Assembly: GCA_038207085.1 (NCBI GenBank)
Contig: JBBRAE010000009.1
Span: 32,001 to 96,000 of the forward strand
Source of the DNA: Armatimonadota bacterium
GTDB taxonomy: Bacteria; Armatimonadota; UBA5829; DTLH01
Direction of reading: 5' to 3'
Length of the DNA stretch: 64,000 nucleotides
In this document: in pieces, positions 9,001-18,916 of the stretch
How positions within the stretch are numbered: the first letter of the stretch is position 1
How the letters are laid out: each line of letters begins with the position of its first letter
Made by a program: the position numbers and the translations under genes
Notes under the pieces: model-generated
What the model was told of the DNA's origin: nothing
What the model saw: only the letters and a program-made list of their open reading frames with translations
Database searches by the model: none

Positions 9001-9279
9001 CTTTCAGCTGTCAGTTACGATAGCCCGGTAGATGTCTGCCGGGCCCTGCCAGATCGTGCGCGATGTGTATCGCGCACGCACGGAACAGCAAGGAATTCAC
9101 TCCCGTTCAATCAGCCTTCTTTTCCGGGCGGGAGCAATCTCCCGCCCGATCAATTCTGACTCTCAAGTATTGCCTGATCTGTCACAGCCGGATCAGTTGA
9201 GCGGGGCAAATGTCCCAAAGACATAAGACCGGGAGATATCTCCCGGCCTATCGTGGCCTATCGTCATCCATCGATCCAT

Positions 9280-10449
9280 CTATCTTCTCTCCGGCGCTTC
9301 CTCAAGCTTTACCGACTTTGTGACCTTCCCCTTGTCGCGCCAGACCGTGAACTTGACGGTTTGGTCGACCTTGGCCCGGAGCATAAACGCCTGCATGTCT
9401 GCGATCGTGTTGATCGGTGTTGTGTCGGCCTGCAGGATCACGTCCCAGGGTTCGATTCCGGCTTTGGCCGCCGGGCTGCCGGTCGCGATTTCGGCGACGA
9501 GCGCACCCTCGGGCTTTTCTAGTCCGAGCTGGCGGGCGGCGCGGGCTGAGAGGTCGTAGTAGTACATACCGGTCCAGCCTCGCCTCACGTGGCCGTATTT
9601 GGTCAGCTCGTCGATTACGCCCTTGATCGTTCCGGTCGAGATCGCGAACCCCAGCCCCTGGCCATAGGGGATGATCGCGGTGTTCAGGCCTATGATCCGT
9701 CCGTCGAGGTTTACGAGCGGCCCGCCGGAGTTGCCGGGGTTGATCGCGGCGTCGGTCTGGATCAGGTTTTCGAGCTTTGCGCCCTGCGGGGTGTCGAGCG
9801 TCCTCCCCGTTGCGCTGATGACGCCGACGGTTACGCTGTTTCGGAAGCCGAAGGGGTTGCCGATCGCGATCGCCGTGGTGCCGATTAAGAGCTCATCATC
9901 TGAAGAGAACTTCGCCTCGGGAAGCCCGGTGCCTTCGATCTTGACCAGTGCGAGGTCGGTCGTCGGGTCGGCGCCGAGGAGTTTGCCCTCGTAGGTCTGT
10001 CGGTTGGGGAGCGTCACCTTGATCTGACCCGTCCGAAGGCGCACGTCATTGATGACGTGTTCGTTTGTGAGGACGAGCCCGGCTTTGCCGTCGATCACTA
10101 CTCCTGAACCCTGTCCCTGGCGGGGCATTGGCTGGCTGAAGAACGTGTCGTCACCGAAAAAGTCCCCGAATATACTTGGAAACGCGCTTCGCCGCTCCAT
10201 CACGAGCGTATCGATGTTGACTACCGCCGGCCCGACTTTAGAGATCGCCCGCACGACGGGGTTGGACGAGTTTGACGCCGTCGGGGGAGTCGCCGAAGCG
10301 CCCGTCGACAGGGTCGCCGCACCGCCGGAGCTCATTTGCCACGCCTGGTTTGGTGTATCCCGGGGCGCTGTGATCTCGGTTGTGATCGCGACCGCGGAGA
10401 GCACCGCAAGTCCGCAGATTGCCGCAGTCAAAGTCTTCTCAGTTGACAT
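9280..10449 (-). CDS. htrA: HtrA/DegP-family serine protease with one PDZ domain
   Basis: GSGV, TNEHV, DLAL, GNPFG, QTDAAINPGNSGGPL, C-terminal PDZ. Confidence 0.93.
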   Translation of the reverse strand: MSTEKTLTAAICGLAVLSAVAITTEITAPRDTPNQAWQMSSGGAATLSTGASATPPTASNSSNPVVRAISKVGPAVVNIDTLVMERRSAFPSIFGDFFGDDTFFSQPMPRQGQGSGVVIDGKAGLVLTNEHVINDVRLRTGQIKVTLPNRQTYEGKLLGADPTTDLALVKIEGTGLPEAKFSSDDELLIGTTAIAIGNPFGFRNSVTVGVISATGRTLDTPQGAKLENLIQTDAAINPGNSGGPLVNLDGRIIGLNTAIIPYGQGLGFAISTGTIKGVIDELTKYGHVRRGWTGMYYYDLSARAARQLGLEKPEGALVAEIATGSPAAKAGIEPWDVILQADTTPINTIADMQAFMLRAKVDQTVKFTVWRDKGKVTKSVKLEEAPERR

Positions 10450-10485
10450 CTCTACCTCCAAAGTTTGCTTACTCATCTGTTTTAC

Positions 10486-10510
10486 TACGAATTACAGTCG
10501 GGTTGGTTCC
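10486..10510 (-). promoter_or_regulatory. ECF-sigma-type promoter upstream of htrA
   Basis: GGAAC-N16-CGTA on the minus strand. Confidence 0.55.
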
Positions 10511-10588
10511 CGTGAGATGGCCGTTTTTGGCTTTTCAACTGCGCCTGGCTCGGTTATTATAGTAGCAACTACAATTCGGAGGTGGGTC

Positions 10589-10807
10589 ATGGAGTTTCCG
10601 AAGAACAAGATGCATCTCGTGAGCACACACGATGGCAAAGAGTCGACCGAAGGATGGCTCGTGCTCGATCTTTCCAAGGTGGACACAGAAGGCGTAAGCC
10701 GCATATATATCGACCTCACGGATGTGAAAAGCCTCCAGTCAGAGAAGGGTGAGCAGGCCGATGTGTTCAAGAAGACGCTTGATCTGCTCAGTTTGGATGA
10801 AGAATAA
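10589..10807 (+). CDS. Small hypothetical protein (72 aa)
   Basis: GGAGGTG RBS before the ATG; globular composition; fills the gap between genes. Confidence 0.65.
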   Translation: MEFPKNKMHLVSTHDGKESTEGWLVLDLSKVDTEGVSRIYIDLTDVKSLQSEKGEQADVFKKTLDLLSLDEE

Positions 10808-10857
10808 TACTACTCAATTCCATATTGCAAACGCATTCCTCATGTGGTAAATTGAGC

Positions 10858-11730
10858 ATGGAGAGTTGAAGGGAGTATTGGGAGAAGAAGAAACACGGTG
10901 CGTTTACCCTGATTGAGCTGCTTGTGGTGATCGCCATCATCGCCATCTTGGCCGCGGTCATGTTTCCTGTGTTTGCGAGCGCAAGAGAGAAGGCCAAGCA
11001 GTCCATGTGTATTAGCAATTTGTCTCAGCTGGGCAAGGCTTTCAGGATGTACCTGGATGACAGCAACGGGACATACCCAGACGGAGCCGGTGCCTGGTAC
11101 CCTTCATCGCCAGGCCACAGTGTGGCTCGCGGTGACTGGGTGTGGTTTGATGGCAAATGGGCACAGCCGAGTCCTGGCGCAGGATTTGACTACAGCGTGA
11201 GCAAGCCGTGGGGGTGGCGGATTAACCCAGCCCTCGGCAGCCTCTGGAAGTACACCAGCAAGTCCCGAAAGATCTTTATATGCCCCTCAGACAAGCACTC
11301 GGTTAGTTCTGGCTTTACTAGATATGGAACAGGATTTGGCCTGAGCTATACTATGAATGCCGCCCTCGTCGAGGATGAAAGCTCATATGGTGACACAAGT
11401 GCATGAAGCAAGCTGGCAATTGAGGCTCAGTTACTTCGGCCGACCAAGACGGTGCTGCTTGCCGATCAGGGTGACGGGCCCATAAACCATAACCCTGTGC
11501 TCGAGAACAACCTCCAAAAGTACGGTGGGCTCGCTCCAAGCTATGATGGGATATTTATTTGGTTCCACGCCGGGCCAACAGGGATTCACAACGGCGGGCA
11601 GAACTGGTTGTTCTGCGACAGCCATGTCAAGTGGACAAGCATCAAGCAGTTCCGCGGACTTGCGTTCCGTCGAGACGGCATCCCGGGAGCGAGACAAGGT
11701 GTGATGGGTCAGTGGTGGTTCGATCTGTAA
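10858..11730 (+). pseudogene. Prepilin/H-X9-DG pseudopilin interrupted by in-frame TGA codons
   Basis: [15 protein letters not shown]...CISNLSQLG...CPSD, then TGA at 11404-11406; the same frame continues to HNGGQNWLFCDSH. The start region is also disrupted (TGA 10867-10869, out-of-frame TTG after the RBS). Confidence 0.75.
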
Positions 11731-11811
11731 TATCGCAATGATGAACAATGCCACAGGGCTTCCAATTGGGTAAATTTACAAGTGAGGAGCTTTTCTCAAG
11801 AGGTGAACGCG

Positions 11812-12069
11812 ATGGAAGTCCAGGTTGGGCATGTGACCCATTATTACAGTCATCTTGGAGTGGCAGCGGTGGCGGTTGAATCGGACCAGGTGAACGTTGG
11901 GGACCTGATCCACATCAAGGGACGCACCACCGATGTCGTGCAGCCGGTCGAGTCTCTGGAGCTCGAACACCACAGTATCGACCATGCTGAGCCCGGCCAA
12001 AACGTCGGGGTCAAGGTGAGGCAGCACGTGCGTGAACACGATGCGGTGATGAAAGTTATGGCGGCGTAA
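11812..12069 (+). CDS. Translation elongation factor-like beta-barrel protein
   Basis: VGHVTHYYSHLGVAAV, VGDLIHIKG, PGQNVGVKV. Confidence 0.8.
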   Translation: MEVQVGHVTHYYSHLGVAAVAVESDQVNVGDLIHIKGRTTDVVQPVESLELEHHSIDHAEPGQNVGVKVRQHVREHDAVMKVMAA

Positions 12070-12113
12070 GTGGGATGAGGGTGAGGTTCATCCCCATCCC
12101 ACTCCCATTGTTG

Positions 12114-13868
12114 CTACATCGGCGGCGACTGGATAGTGAAAGTGAAGGTCGTCCCGACACCGGGCTGCGACTCCACTGAAACTCGTCCTCCGTGGGCCTC
12201 CACCAGGTGCTTTACGATCGAGAGCCCGAGCCCTGTGCCTCCCGAGTCGCGGGAGCGCGCCTTGTCTACCCTGTAGAACCGCTCAAATATCCTCGGCAGG
12301 TCAGCGGAAGGTATTCCCATCCCAGTGTCCGACACCCGCACCGCCACATGTCCGCCAGCCTCTTCAGCCGAAACAAGCACCCGTCCGCCCTGAGGGGTAT
12401 ATTTGAGTGCGTTGTCGATCAGGTTCGCGAGGACTTGGTGGGTCACCTCTGAGTCGGCGTTGACCTTTAGGCCCGATGGAATTTCGATGGCGAGCTGAAT
12501 CTCTTTTCGCTCTGCCCGGTGTGCAAACCCCGAAAGCGTCCGCCCGGCGACCTCTGAGAGCGCGAACACCTCGGTTCGGATGGCGCGCCGTCCGGATTCT
12601 ATCTTGGCGAGGTCGAGCAAGTCTTCGGATATTGCTGTCAGGCGGTCGGCCTCGGTCATGATCTTGCGGGCGAAGTCGTCGGCAATCTGCGGGTCTTTTT
12701 TGGCTCGAAGGACGATTGTCTCGGCCATCGCCTTGATCGTCGCAAGCGGGGTGCGCAGCTCGTGGCTTACGTTTGCGACAAAGTCCCGGCGCAGAATGTC
12801 GGTGCGTTTGGCGGCTGTCAGATCGTGCATCACGACGACCACTCCCGCGTCGCCCAGTGGGGCGACGTAGACGTTCAAAAACGTATCTTTGGGCTGGGTG
12901 AGCTCGATCTCAAGGGAGGCGGGTTCGCCACTTTTCAGCACCCGTTCGACAAGCTTCGCAAGGTCGTGACTAAGCGACGACTCGATGATCGTTTTGCCCT
13001 TGAGCTGCCCGAGTGAGGTCTGGAAATACTCCGCGGCGGCGGGGTTTGCCATACGCACGCAGGCGTCGTGGTCGACGACCATAATGCCGTCGTCGGTGCG
13101 GTCGAGGATCGTCTGAAGCTTGCTTTTCTCGCCCGTAAGCTCCTCCATCATCCGCGTAAGCTCGATAGCGGATGCGTTCAGCGTTGCGGCGAGGTCGTCG
13201 ATCTCGTCGTGCGGGCCTTTGGGGATCTTGACGCTGTGTCCGAGCTCACCCCGGGCCATCCGCCGGGCTACCATTCCCATCTCGTGGATAGGCGCGCCTA
13301 TCCGTTTGGCGACCCACGCGCCTGCGATCCCGGCAAGGAGCACAGAGAGCATTGCGCCAAAGAGAAACACGTGGTGAATCGCGCTGCGGGCTTGGTCAAC
13401 CTTCTCAAGGCTTTTTGAGACTCGGGAGACCCCGGTTGGGTGGTCTTCTGAGCCGATCCTGGTCGCGACGTAAAGCATCCGCGTGCGAATCGTCTTGCTG
13501 TAGCGAATCGAGGTGCCGACGCCGTGCGCGAGCGCATCACGGACTTCCGGGCGGCCGCCGTGGTTTTCCATCGTGGTGATGTTGCGATGGCTGTCTGCTG
13601 TGACTTTGCCGTCGGGGCGAACTATCGTCACGCGCAGTTGCTCGTCTTCGCTGACGCTTCTTGCGAGTTTCCCGAGCTTTGGCAGGTCGTTCAGCAGGGG
13701 TGAGCTTAGCCTGCCGACGAGCTTGCTGTCGGCGACGAGGTCAGCCGTAAGCGCGCGCACGTAGTAGCCTTCGGCCCAGTTGGACAGATAAAGCCCAAGG
13801 ATGCCTATAGCCACCAGCGCAACCAGCAAAAACGCGGCGGTCAGTTTCCATCTGATTGTATAGAACAT
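12114..13868 (-). CDS. phoR: Phosphate regulon sensor histidine kinase (HAMP, PAS)
   Basis: FVANVSHELRTPL, NLIDNALKY, RIFERFYRVDKARSR, GTGLGL; lies next to the pst genes. Confidence 0.9.
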   Translation of the reverse strand: MFYTIRWKLTAAFLLVALVAIGILGLYLSNWAEGYYVRALTADLVADSKLVGRLSSPLLNDLPKLGKLARSVSEDEQLRVTIVRPDGKVTADSHRNITTMENHGGRPEVRDALAHGVGTSIRYSKTIRTRMLYVATRIGSEDHPTGVSRVSKSLEKVDQARSAIHHVFLFGAMLSVLLAGIAGAWVAKRIGAPIHEMGMVARRMARGELGHSVKIPKGPHDEIDDLAATLNASAIELTRMMEELTGEKSKLQTILDRTDDGIMVVDHDACVRMANPAAAEYFQTSLGQLKGKTIIESSLSHDLAKLVERVLKSGEPASLEIELTQPKDTFLNVYVAPLGDAGVVVVMHDLTAAKRTDILRRDFVANVSHELRTPLATIKAMAETIVLRAKKDPQIADDFARKIMTEADRLTAISEDLLDLAKIESGRRAIRTEVFALSEVAGRTLSGFAHRAERKEIQLAIEIPSGLKVNADSEVTHQVLANLIDNALKYTPQGGRVLVSAEEAGGHVAVRVSDTGMGIPSADLPRIFERFYRVDKARSRDSGGTGLGLSIVKHLVEAHGGRVSVESQPGVGTTFTFTIQSPPM

Positions 13869-13900
13869 AATTGGCGATCAGCTATCAGTATTAATCGGCA

Positions 13901-14578
13901 TTAATCGGCGAACTTGTAGCCCACACCCCTTACTGTGAGGATTCTTACTGGGCGGCTTGGGTCCGATTCGACCTTTTCGCGCAGGCGGCGGATGTGGACA
14001 TCCACGGTGCCGGGGTCGATATACTCGTCCTCTCCCCACACCCGGTCAAGGAGCGCCGAGCGCTGAAGCACGCGCCCGCGGTTGGACATCAAAACGCATA
14101 GCAGATCAAACTCTTTTGGGCGAAGGGAGACGTCCGCGCCATCGATCTTTACGACGTGGCGGGCGGTGTCAACCTCGATTCCGTGACTGGAGAGCACCTC
14201 GGACGCCTGGCTTTCACGTTGGGAGCGGCGAAGGGCCGCTCGCACGCGGGCTATCAACTCCATCATTCCAAACGGCTTGGTGATGTAGTCGTCCGCGCCG
14301 ACTTCAAGCCCCACAACCTTGTCTATCTCCCGTGATTTGGCCGTGAGCATAAGCACAGGCACGTCTGACTCCTTGCGGATCAGGCGGCAGACTTCGAGGC
14401 CGTCGATCCCCGGAAGCATCACGTCAAGGAGCACGATGTCGGGCTTCTCGGTTTTGAGCAGCTCAAGCGCTGAGAGGCCGTCGGGGGCTACATAGACCTT
14501 GTAGCCTTCCTCGCGCAAATTGTAGGCGACCGTTTCGGCAAGCGGAGCTTCGTCTTCAACAATAAGAATTCGTGACAT
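13901..14578 (-). CDS. phoB: OmpR/PhoB-family response regulator
   Basis: LLDVMLPG, GADDYITKPF, VDVHIRRLREK, TVRGVGY. Confidence 0.85.
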   Translation of the reverse strand: MSRILIVEDEAPLAETVAYNLREEGYKVYVAPDGLSALELLKTEKPDIVLLDVMLPGIDGLEVCRLIRKESDVPVLMLTAKSREIDKVVGLEVGADDYITKPFGMMELIARVRAALRRSQRESQASEVLSSHGIEVDTARHVVKIDGADVSLRPKEFDLLCVLMSNRGRVLQRSALLDRVWGEDEYIDPGTVDVHIRRLREKVESDPSRPVRILTVRGVGYKFAD

Positions 14579-14660
14579 ATTTTTGTCTGTAACCTAATCG
14601 AATATTCTCGCAGTCTTATTATAACACCCCTATATCTGCCATACAACGCGAAACAGTTGT

Positions 14661-14699
14661 GTTAGCTAACAGATAAGTGACGTGTAAGGTGCGTGTAAG
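14661..14699 (+). promoter_or_regulatory. Putative Pho boxes (11-bp periodic direct repeats)
   Basis: GTTAGC/GATAAG/TGTAAG/TGTAAG at 14661, 14672, 14683 and 14694. Confidence 0.65.
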
Positions 14700-14786
14700 G
14701 CTGCCTGTATATGCTGGTATTGTCGCGTTATGAACGCAAGACAAGAGTGCAGGAGCAAACCAGACACTTAAAAGGAGACTGAACAG

Positions 14787-15923
14787 TTGAAGAAGATTAT
14801 CATTGGATTGGCAGCAGTAGTGATGGCTGCCGGGCAGACTGCGTGGGCACAGGACACCAACGACGCAGCATCGATTAGCCAGCAGATGGAGCAGATGAAG
14901 GCGCAGCTTGAGGAGCTTCAGCAGAAGCTTAACACTCTTGACGCGGTCGTCACTGACCCCGAGGGCAAAGTAGAGACCGCGCTCTCCGACCTTTCCAAGG
15001 TGAAGAAAGTCACAGTGAGCGGCTACGCTCAGATTCGCTATGAGGCAGCCGACCAGAAAGAAGACGGCGGTAAGTTCGACGATGGCTACAATCTGCGCCG
15101 CGCCCGAATCAAGGTCACCGCAACCCCGACCCAAACGACATCGGCCGTGCTTCAGTTGGACATGGGCGGCAACAAGTTGAGCGTCAAAGATGCCTACCTC
15201 ACCTATGCTCCCAAGCCTATTTATCCCTTTACCATCGGCCAGATGAACTGGATCTTCGGCTACGAAATTCCCTATTCCTCAAGCCGCAGAGAGACCCCGG
15301 AGCGCGCGCTTGTTTTCCGCAGACTCTTTCAGGGCGAGCGCGACCGCGGCGCAAAGTTGGGTTTCCCGGTGGGCAAGTACGGAACAGGGCAGGTCGGCGC
15401 TTTTGACGGCACCGGTATCGAAAGCGGCATCGCAGGCGACTTCGACTCCAAGAAGGACTATCTCGCGAACGTCTCCTGGGCAAAGGGCGATATGGAGTGG
15501 GGCATCTCCGGTTACCTGGGCGGCAACATCCTGAACTCTGGCCGCACCGACACCGTCACGGCCGACAAAGACCGCTACGGCGCAGATTTCCGCTACTACG
15601 GCGAGAACTGGACGTTCAAGAGCGAGTACGTGCGGGGCAAAGGCGTCGACACCGCAGACCCGGCTTACACCAACTGGATCGACGGCTACTACACTCAGTT
15701 CAACTACAACACCAATGTGCAGAACACGCTCGTCGCGAGGTACTCCTCGATGTCCGAAGACCCCAAAAAGCTCACCCTGGGCCGCAGAAGCGCCTGGGAC
15801 CTGGGATGGATTCACTACTTTGACAACAACCTGAAGATGAAGATCTTCCAGACTATCAATCAGGAGTCGAAGGTGAAACTCCCGAACGACATTACTCGCC
15901 TTGAGTTTGTGGTTACTTACTAG
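14787..15923 (+). CDS. Phosphate-selective porin (OprO/OprP-like)
   Basis: Signal peptide, coiled coil, SGYAQIRY, LRRARIKV, terminal aromatic Y; lies upstream of pstS. Confidence 0.8.
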   Translation: MKKIIIGLAAVVMAAGQTAWAQDTNDAASISQQMEQMKAQLEELQQKLNTLDAVVTDPEGKVETALSDLSKVKKVTVSGYAQIRYEAADQKEDGGKFDDGYNLRRARIKVTATPTQTTSAVLQLDMGGNKLSVKDAYLTYAPKPIYPFTIGQMNWIFGYEIPYSSSRRETPERALVFRRLFQGERDRGAKLGFPVGKYGTGQVGAFDGTGIESGIAGDFDSKKDYLANVSWAKGDMEWGISGYLGGNILNSGRTDTVTADKDRYGADFRYYGENWTFKSEYVRGKGVDTADPAYTNWIDGYYTQFNYNTNVQNTLVARYSSMSEDPKKLTLGRRSAWDLGWIHYFDNNLKMKIFQTINQESKVKLPNDITRLEFVVTY

Positions 15924-15937
15924 ACCTGGACGAAAGA

Positions 15938-15963
15938 GGGCGGACACATTGGTCCGCCCCTAC
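15938..15963. repeat. GTAG-type REP palindrome
   Basis: GGGCGGACACATTGGTCCGCCCCTAC; identical copies at 36078 and 46974. Confidence 0.85.
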
Positions 15964-15993
15964 ATCCTATATATCGACACAGGAGATAACAAT

Positions 15994-16854
15994 ATGAAAC
16001 GAATGCTTAGGATTGCTCTTGCCGCGACCGCTTCTCTTGCGATTGTCGCAGGCGCGGCAGTCGCCGAACCCAAAGGGAGCCTGAAGATCGCGGGCTCCAC
16101 CACTGTCCTGCCGCTTTCACAGGTGTGGGCGGAGACCTTTATGATGAAGTATAACGGCGCGCGCATCTCCGTCTCGGGCGGCGGCACCGGCACCGGTATC
16201 TCAATGCTGACAAACGGCACCTGCGACATCGCAAACGCCAGCCGAGCCGCAAAGAAGAAAGAGATCGACGCAGCCCGCACCCGCAACACCAAGCTCGTTG
16301 AGACCAAGCTTGCAAAGGACGGCCTCGCAATCATCGTCCACTCGTCAAGCAACGTCAAGAACCTGACTATGGACCAGCTTCAGGCGATGTATAGCGGCAA
16401 GATTCAGAACTGGAAAGAGGTCGGCGGCAACTCCGGCAAGGGGATAGTGCTGGTCGGTCGAGACACAAGTTCCGGCACCTACGGGTTCTTCCAGGAAGCC
16501 GTGCTTGACGGTGGCAACTACGCAAAAGACATGCTCAGCATGCCAAGTAACGCTGCAATTGCCCAGGCGGTTGCTCAGTCCCGAGACGCGATCGGCTACG
16601 TCGGAATCGCCTACGCCGACGACTACGTGAAGAAGGGCAAGGTCAACATTGTCGCCATTTCGCTGAAGAAGGGGCAGAAGGGCATCTTGCCGACCCGATC
16701 GACGATCGACGACGGGTCGTACCCGCTCTTCAGATATCTCTACGCATACACCAACGGAACTCCCAAGGGACTCGTCGGCGACTTCCTGAAGTGGTGCACT
16801 GGCGCTGAAGGTCAGAGCCTCGTGCACAAGGCCGGTTACGAGCCGCTCAAGTAA
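15994..16854 (+). CDS. pstS: Phosphate ABC transporter substrate-binding protein
   Basis: IAGSTTVLP, GGGTGTGI, DIANASR, RDTSSGT, YPLFRYLY. Confidence 0.95.
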   Translation: MKRMLRIALAATASLAIVAGAAVAEPKGSLKIAGSTTVLPLSQVWAETFMMKYNGARISVSGGGTGTGISMLTNGTCDIANASRAAKKKEIDAARTRNTKLVETKLAKDGLAIIVHSSSNVKNLTMDQLQAMYSGKIQNWKEVGGNSGKGIVLVGRDTSSGTYGFFQEAVLDGGNYAKDMLSMPSNAAIAQAVAQSRDAIGYVGIAYADDYVKKGKVNIVAISLKKGQKGILPTRSTIDDGSYPLFRYLYAYTNGTPKGLVGDFLKWCTGAEGQSLVHKAGYEPLK

Positions 16855-16932
16855 AACGCTACACCGAATCGGCTGGTTTTCAGCCGTGATGGGCCTGGCC
16901 GATGACTCGCAATCGACCAGGCCTTTTGACTT

Positions 16933-18735
16933 CTACTGCTGTGTTGAAAGATCGAACTGCTGCTCGCAGAGCCTGGCGTAGAGCCCGCCCTGCGCGATAA
17001 GAGCGTCGTGGGGACCGAGCTCTATAACTCGTCCCTGGTCGACTACCGCTATCTGGTCGGCGTTTTTGATGGTTGAGAGCCTGTGGGCGACGACGATCGT
17101 GGTGCGCTCGACGGTGAGCTCCTCAAGCGCCTGCTGGACGATCCGCTCGCTTTCAGAGTCAAGTGCGCTTGTCGCTTCGTCAAGGACGATGATCGCGGGG
17201 TCTTTTAGAAACGTTCGGGCGATAGAAATCCTCTGGCGCTGGCCGCCTGAGAGACGCACTCCACGCTCCCCGAGCATCGTTTCGTAGCCGTCCTCCATCT
17301 CTTCGATAAACTCCTCGGCGTAGGCGCGCCGGGCGGCGTCGCACACTTCCTCAAAGCTTGCGTCAGGCCTGCCGTAGAGAATGTTTTCGGCGATCGTGCC
17401 GCTGAAGAGCACCGGCTCCTGGGGGACTAGCCCGATCTGGTGGCGGAGCGAGTAGATAGTATAGTCGCATGTGTCGCGCCCGTCGATCAGGATGCGCCCC
17501 GAGTCAAGCTCGTAGAACCTGTTCAGGAGGTGCGTGACGGTCGTCTTGCCGCCGCCAGAGGGGCCGACCAGGGCAAGTGTCGTCTTTGCCGGGATTACAA
17601 GGTCGAGCCTGTCAAAAATCAGGTTGTCCGAGGTCGGGTAGCTGAAGCAGACGCGCTCAAGGACGATCTCACCGCGGAACCTCGGAGCCCGCACCGCGCC
17701 GGGACGGTCGGCGACCTCGGGCTCGGTGTCGAATATCGAGAATATACGGTCGGTCGCTCCAAGCGCGCTTGCAGTGATCAGCTGCATCTCGTTCAGCCAC
17801 TCAAAAGGGGTGTATATCTGCCCCTGCATCAGGATAAACTGGATCAAAAGCCCGACCGTGATCTCTCCGGGGTGGAAAAGCGCGAGGTGTCCGCCGATCA
17901 GCACCACCACTAGCTGGGTACTGTAGCGGACGAAGTTCATGCTCGCCTCGCTCATCCCTGAGAGCTTGGAGTTTTTCACACCGAGGCCGACGAGCACGTT
18001 TGAGTCGTCGCTGAAGCGCTGGATCTCCTCATCTTCGCCCGTAAACGCCTTGACGACGGTCGCAGCGGCGAGCTTTTCCTGAGCGCTTCCCGAGAGGCGC
18101 GCGAGATGGTCGCGGATCGCTGTGGCGTTTCTCTTCACCCTCCAGCCGATCTTGCGCTGAATCAAAAGCTGCACCGGCAGAAGCGACACTGAAAGCAGGC
18201 CGAGGTAGACGCTCTTGGAGAAGAAATAGGTGAGGACCACCGAAATCAAGGCTATGCAGAGCCAGATCTGCACGAACGCTTTTCCGAGGAATGGCTGGAT
18301 CATCTCGGTGTCGCCGATGATGCGGCTTGTAAGCGAGCCCGAACGGTTGGAGTCAAAGAACGAATGTGAGAGCTTCTGGATGTGCGCGTAGAGGTCACAG
18401 CGCAGGCTTTTGATCACCTCTTGGGTCGCTCGCGCGGAGACAGCGCTTCGCCAGTAGACAAATATTGGAGAGGCAAGCACGATCCCTGCGCCGATCAATA
18501 GCAGCCGCTTGATCTCGATCCAACCCGCCTGGTTGCTCATCTTGCCAGCGTTTACCGAGCCCAGTGTGTCCACCGCCTGCCCAACAAGCCACGCAATTGC
18601 GACCGGCATCAGAAACTTCACAAGCCCGGCCGCTGTCGCGAGCGCGTACTGCGGCCAGTGGGGCTTTACATACGCAAGGAGCCTGCGCAGGTTGCTCGGT
18701 TTTCGCTCTTCCCGACTGAGCTTTCGGCCTATCAT
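16933..18735 (-). CDS. ABC exporter, fused permease/ATPase (MsbA/Sav1866-like)
   Basis: TM domain, GPSGGGKTT, LSGGQRQR, LDEATSALD, AHRLST. Confidence 0.93.
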   Translation of the reverse strand: MIGRKLSREERKPSNLRRLLAYVKPHWPQYALATAAGLVKFLMPVAIAWLVGQAVDTLGSVNAGKMSNQAGWIEIKRLLLIGAGIVLASPIFVYWRSAVSARATQEVIKSLRCDLYAHIQKLSHSFFDSNRSGSLTSRIIGDTEMIQPFLGKAFVQIWLCIALISVVLTYFFSKSVYLGLLSVSLLPVQLLIQRKIGWRVKRNATAIRDHLARLSGSAQEKLAAATVVKAFTGEDEEIQRFSDDSNVLVGLGVKNSKLSGMSEASMNFVRYSTQLVVVLIGGHLALFHPGEITVGLLIQFILMQGQIYTPFEWLNEMQLITASALGATDRIFSIFDTEPEVADRPGAVRAPRFRGEIVLERVCFSYPTSDNLIFDRLDLVIPAKTTLALVGPSGGGKTTVTHLLNRFYELDSGRILIDGRDTCDYTIYSLRHQIGLVPQEPVLFSGTIAENILYGRPDASFEEVCDAARRAYAEEFIEEMEDGYETMLGERGVRLSGGQRQRISIARTFLKDPAIIVLDEATSALDSESERIVQQALEELTVERTTIVVAHRLSTIKNADQIAVVDQGRVIELGPHDALIAQGGLYARLCEQQFDLSTQQ

Positions 18736-18841
18736 AAAACTAACTCCAAGTTGCCTTTGCGCCTGAACGACGCACGTTTTTGGGCATGGCCAGACGCCAG
18801 CCATAGTATAGCACTAATCAGCTCGCCTGCGTTTCGGATAT

Positions 18842-18869
18842 GTTAACTCCCCTGTAAGGAGGCTGTAAG
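18842..18869 (+). promoter_or_regulatory. Putative Pho boxes upstream of pstC
   Basis: GTTAAC/TGTAAG/TGTAAG at 18842, 18853 and 18864 (11-bp spacing). Confidence 0.65.
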
Positions 18870-18916
18870 AAACCGAGCATATAATCGATATAGAACGTGA
18901 TCTAACCTACATCTCC

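Noticed and set aside
9023..9246. Possible CRISPR array
   Set aside because: The repeat units are not identical, the period of about 100 bp is too long, and there are no cas genes in the window
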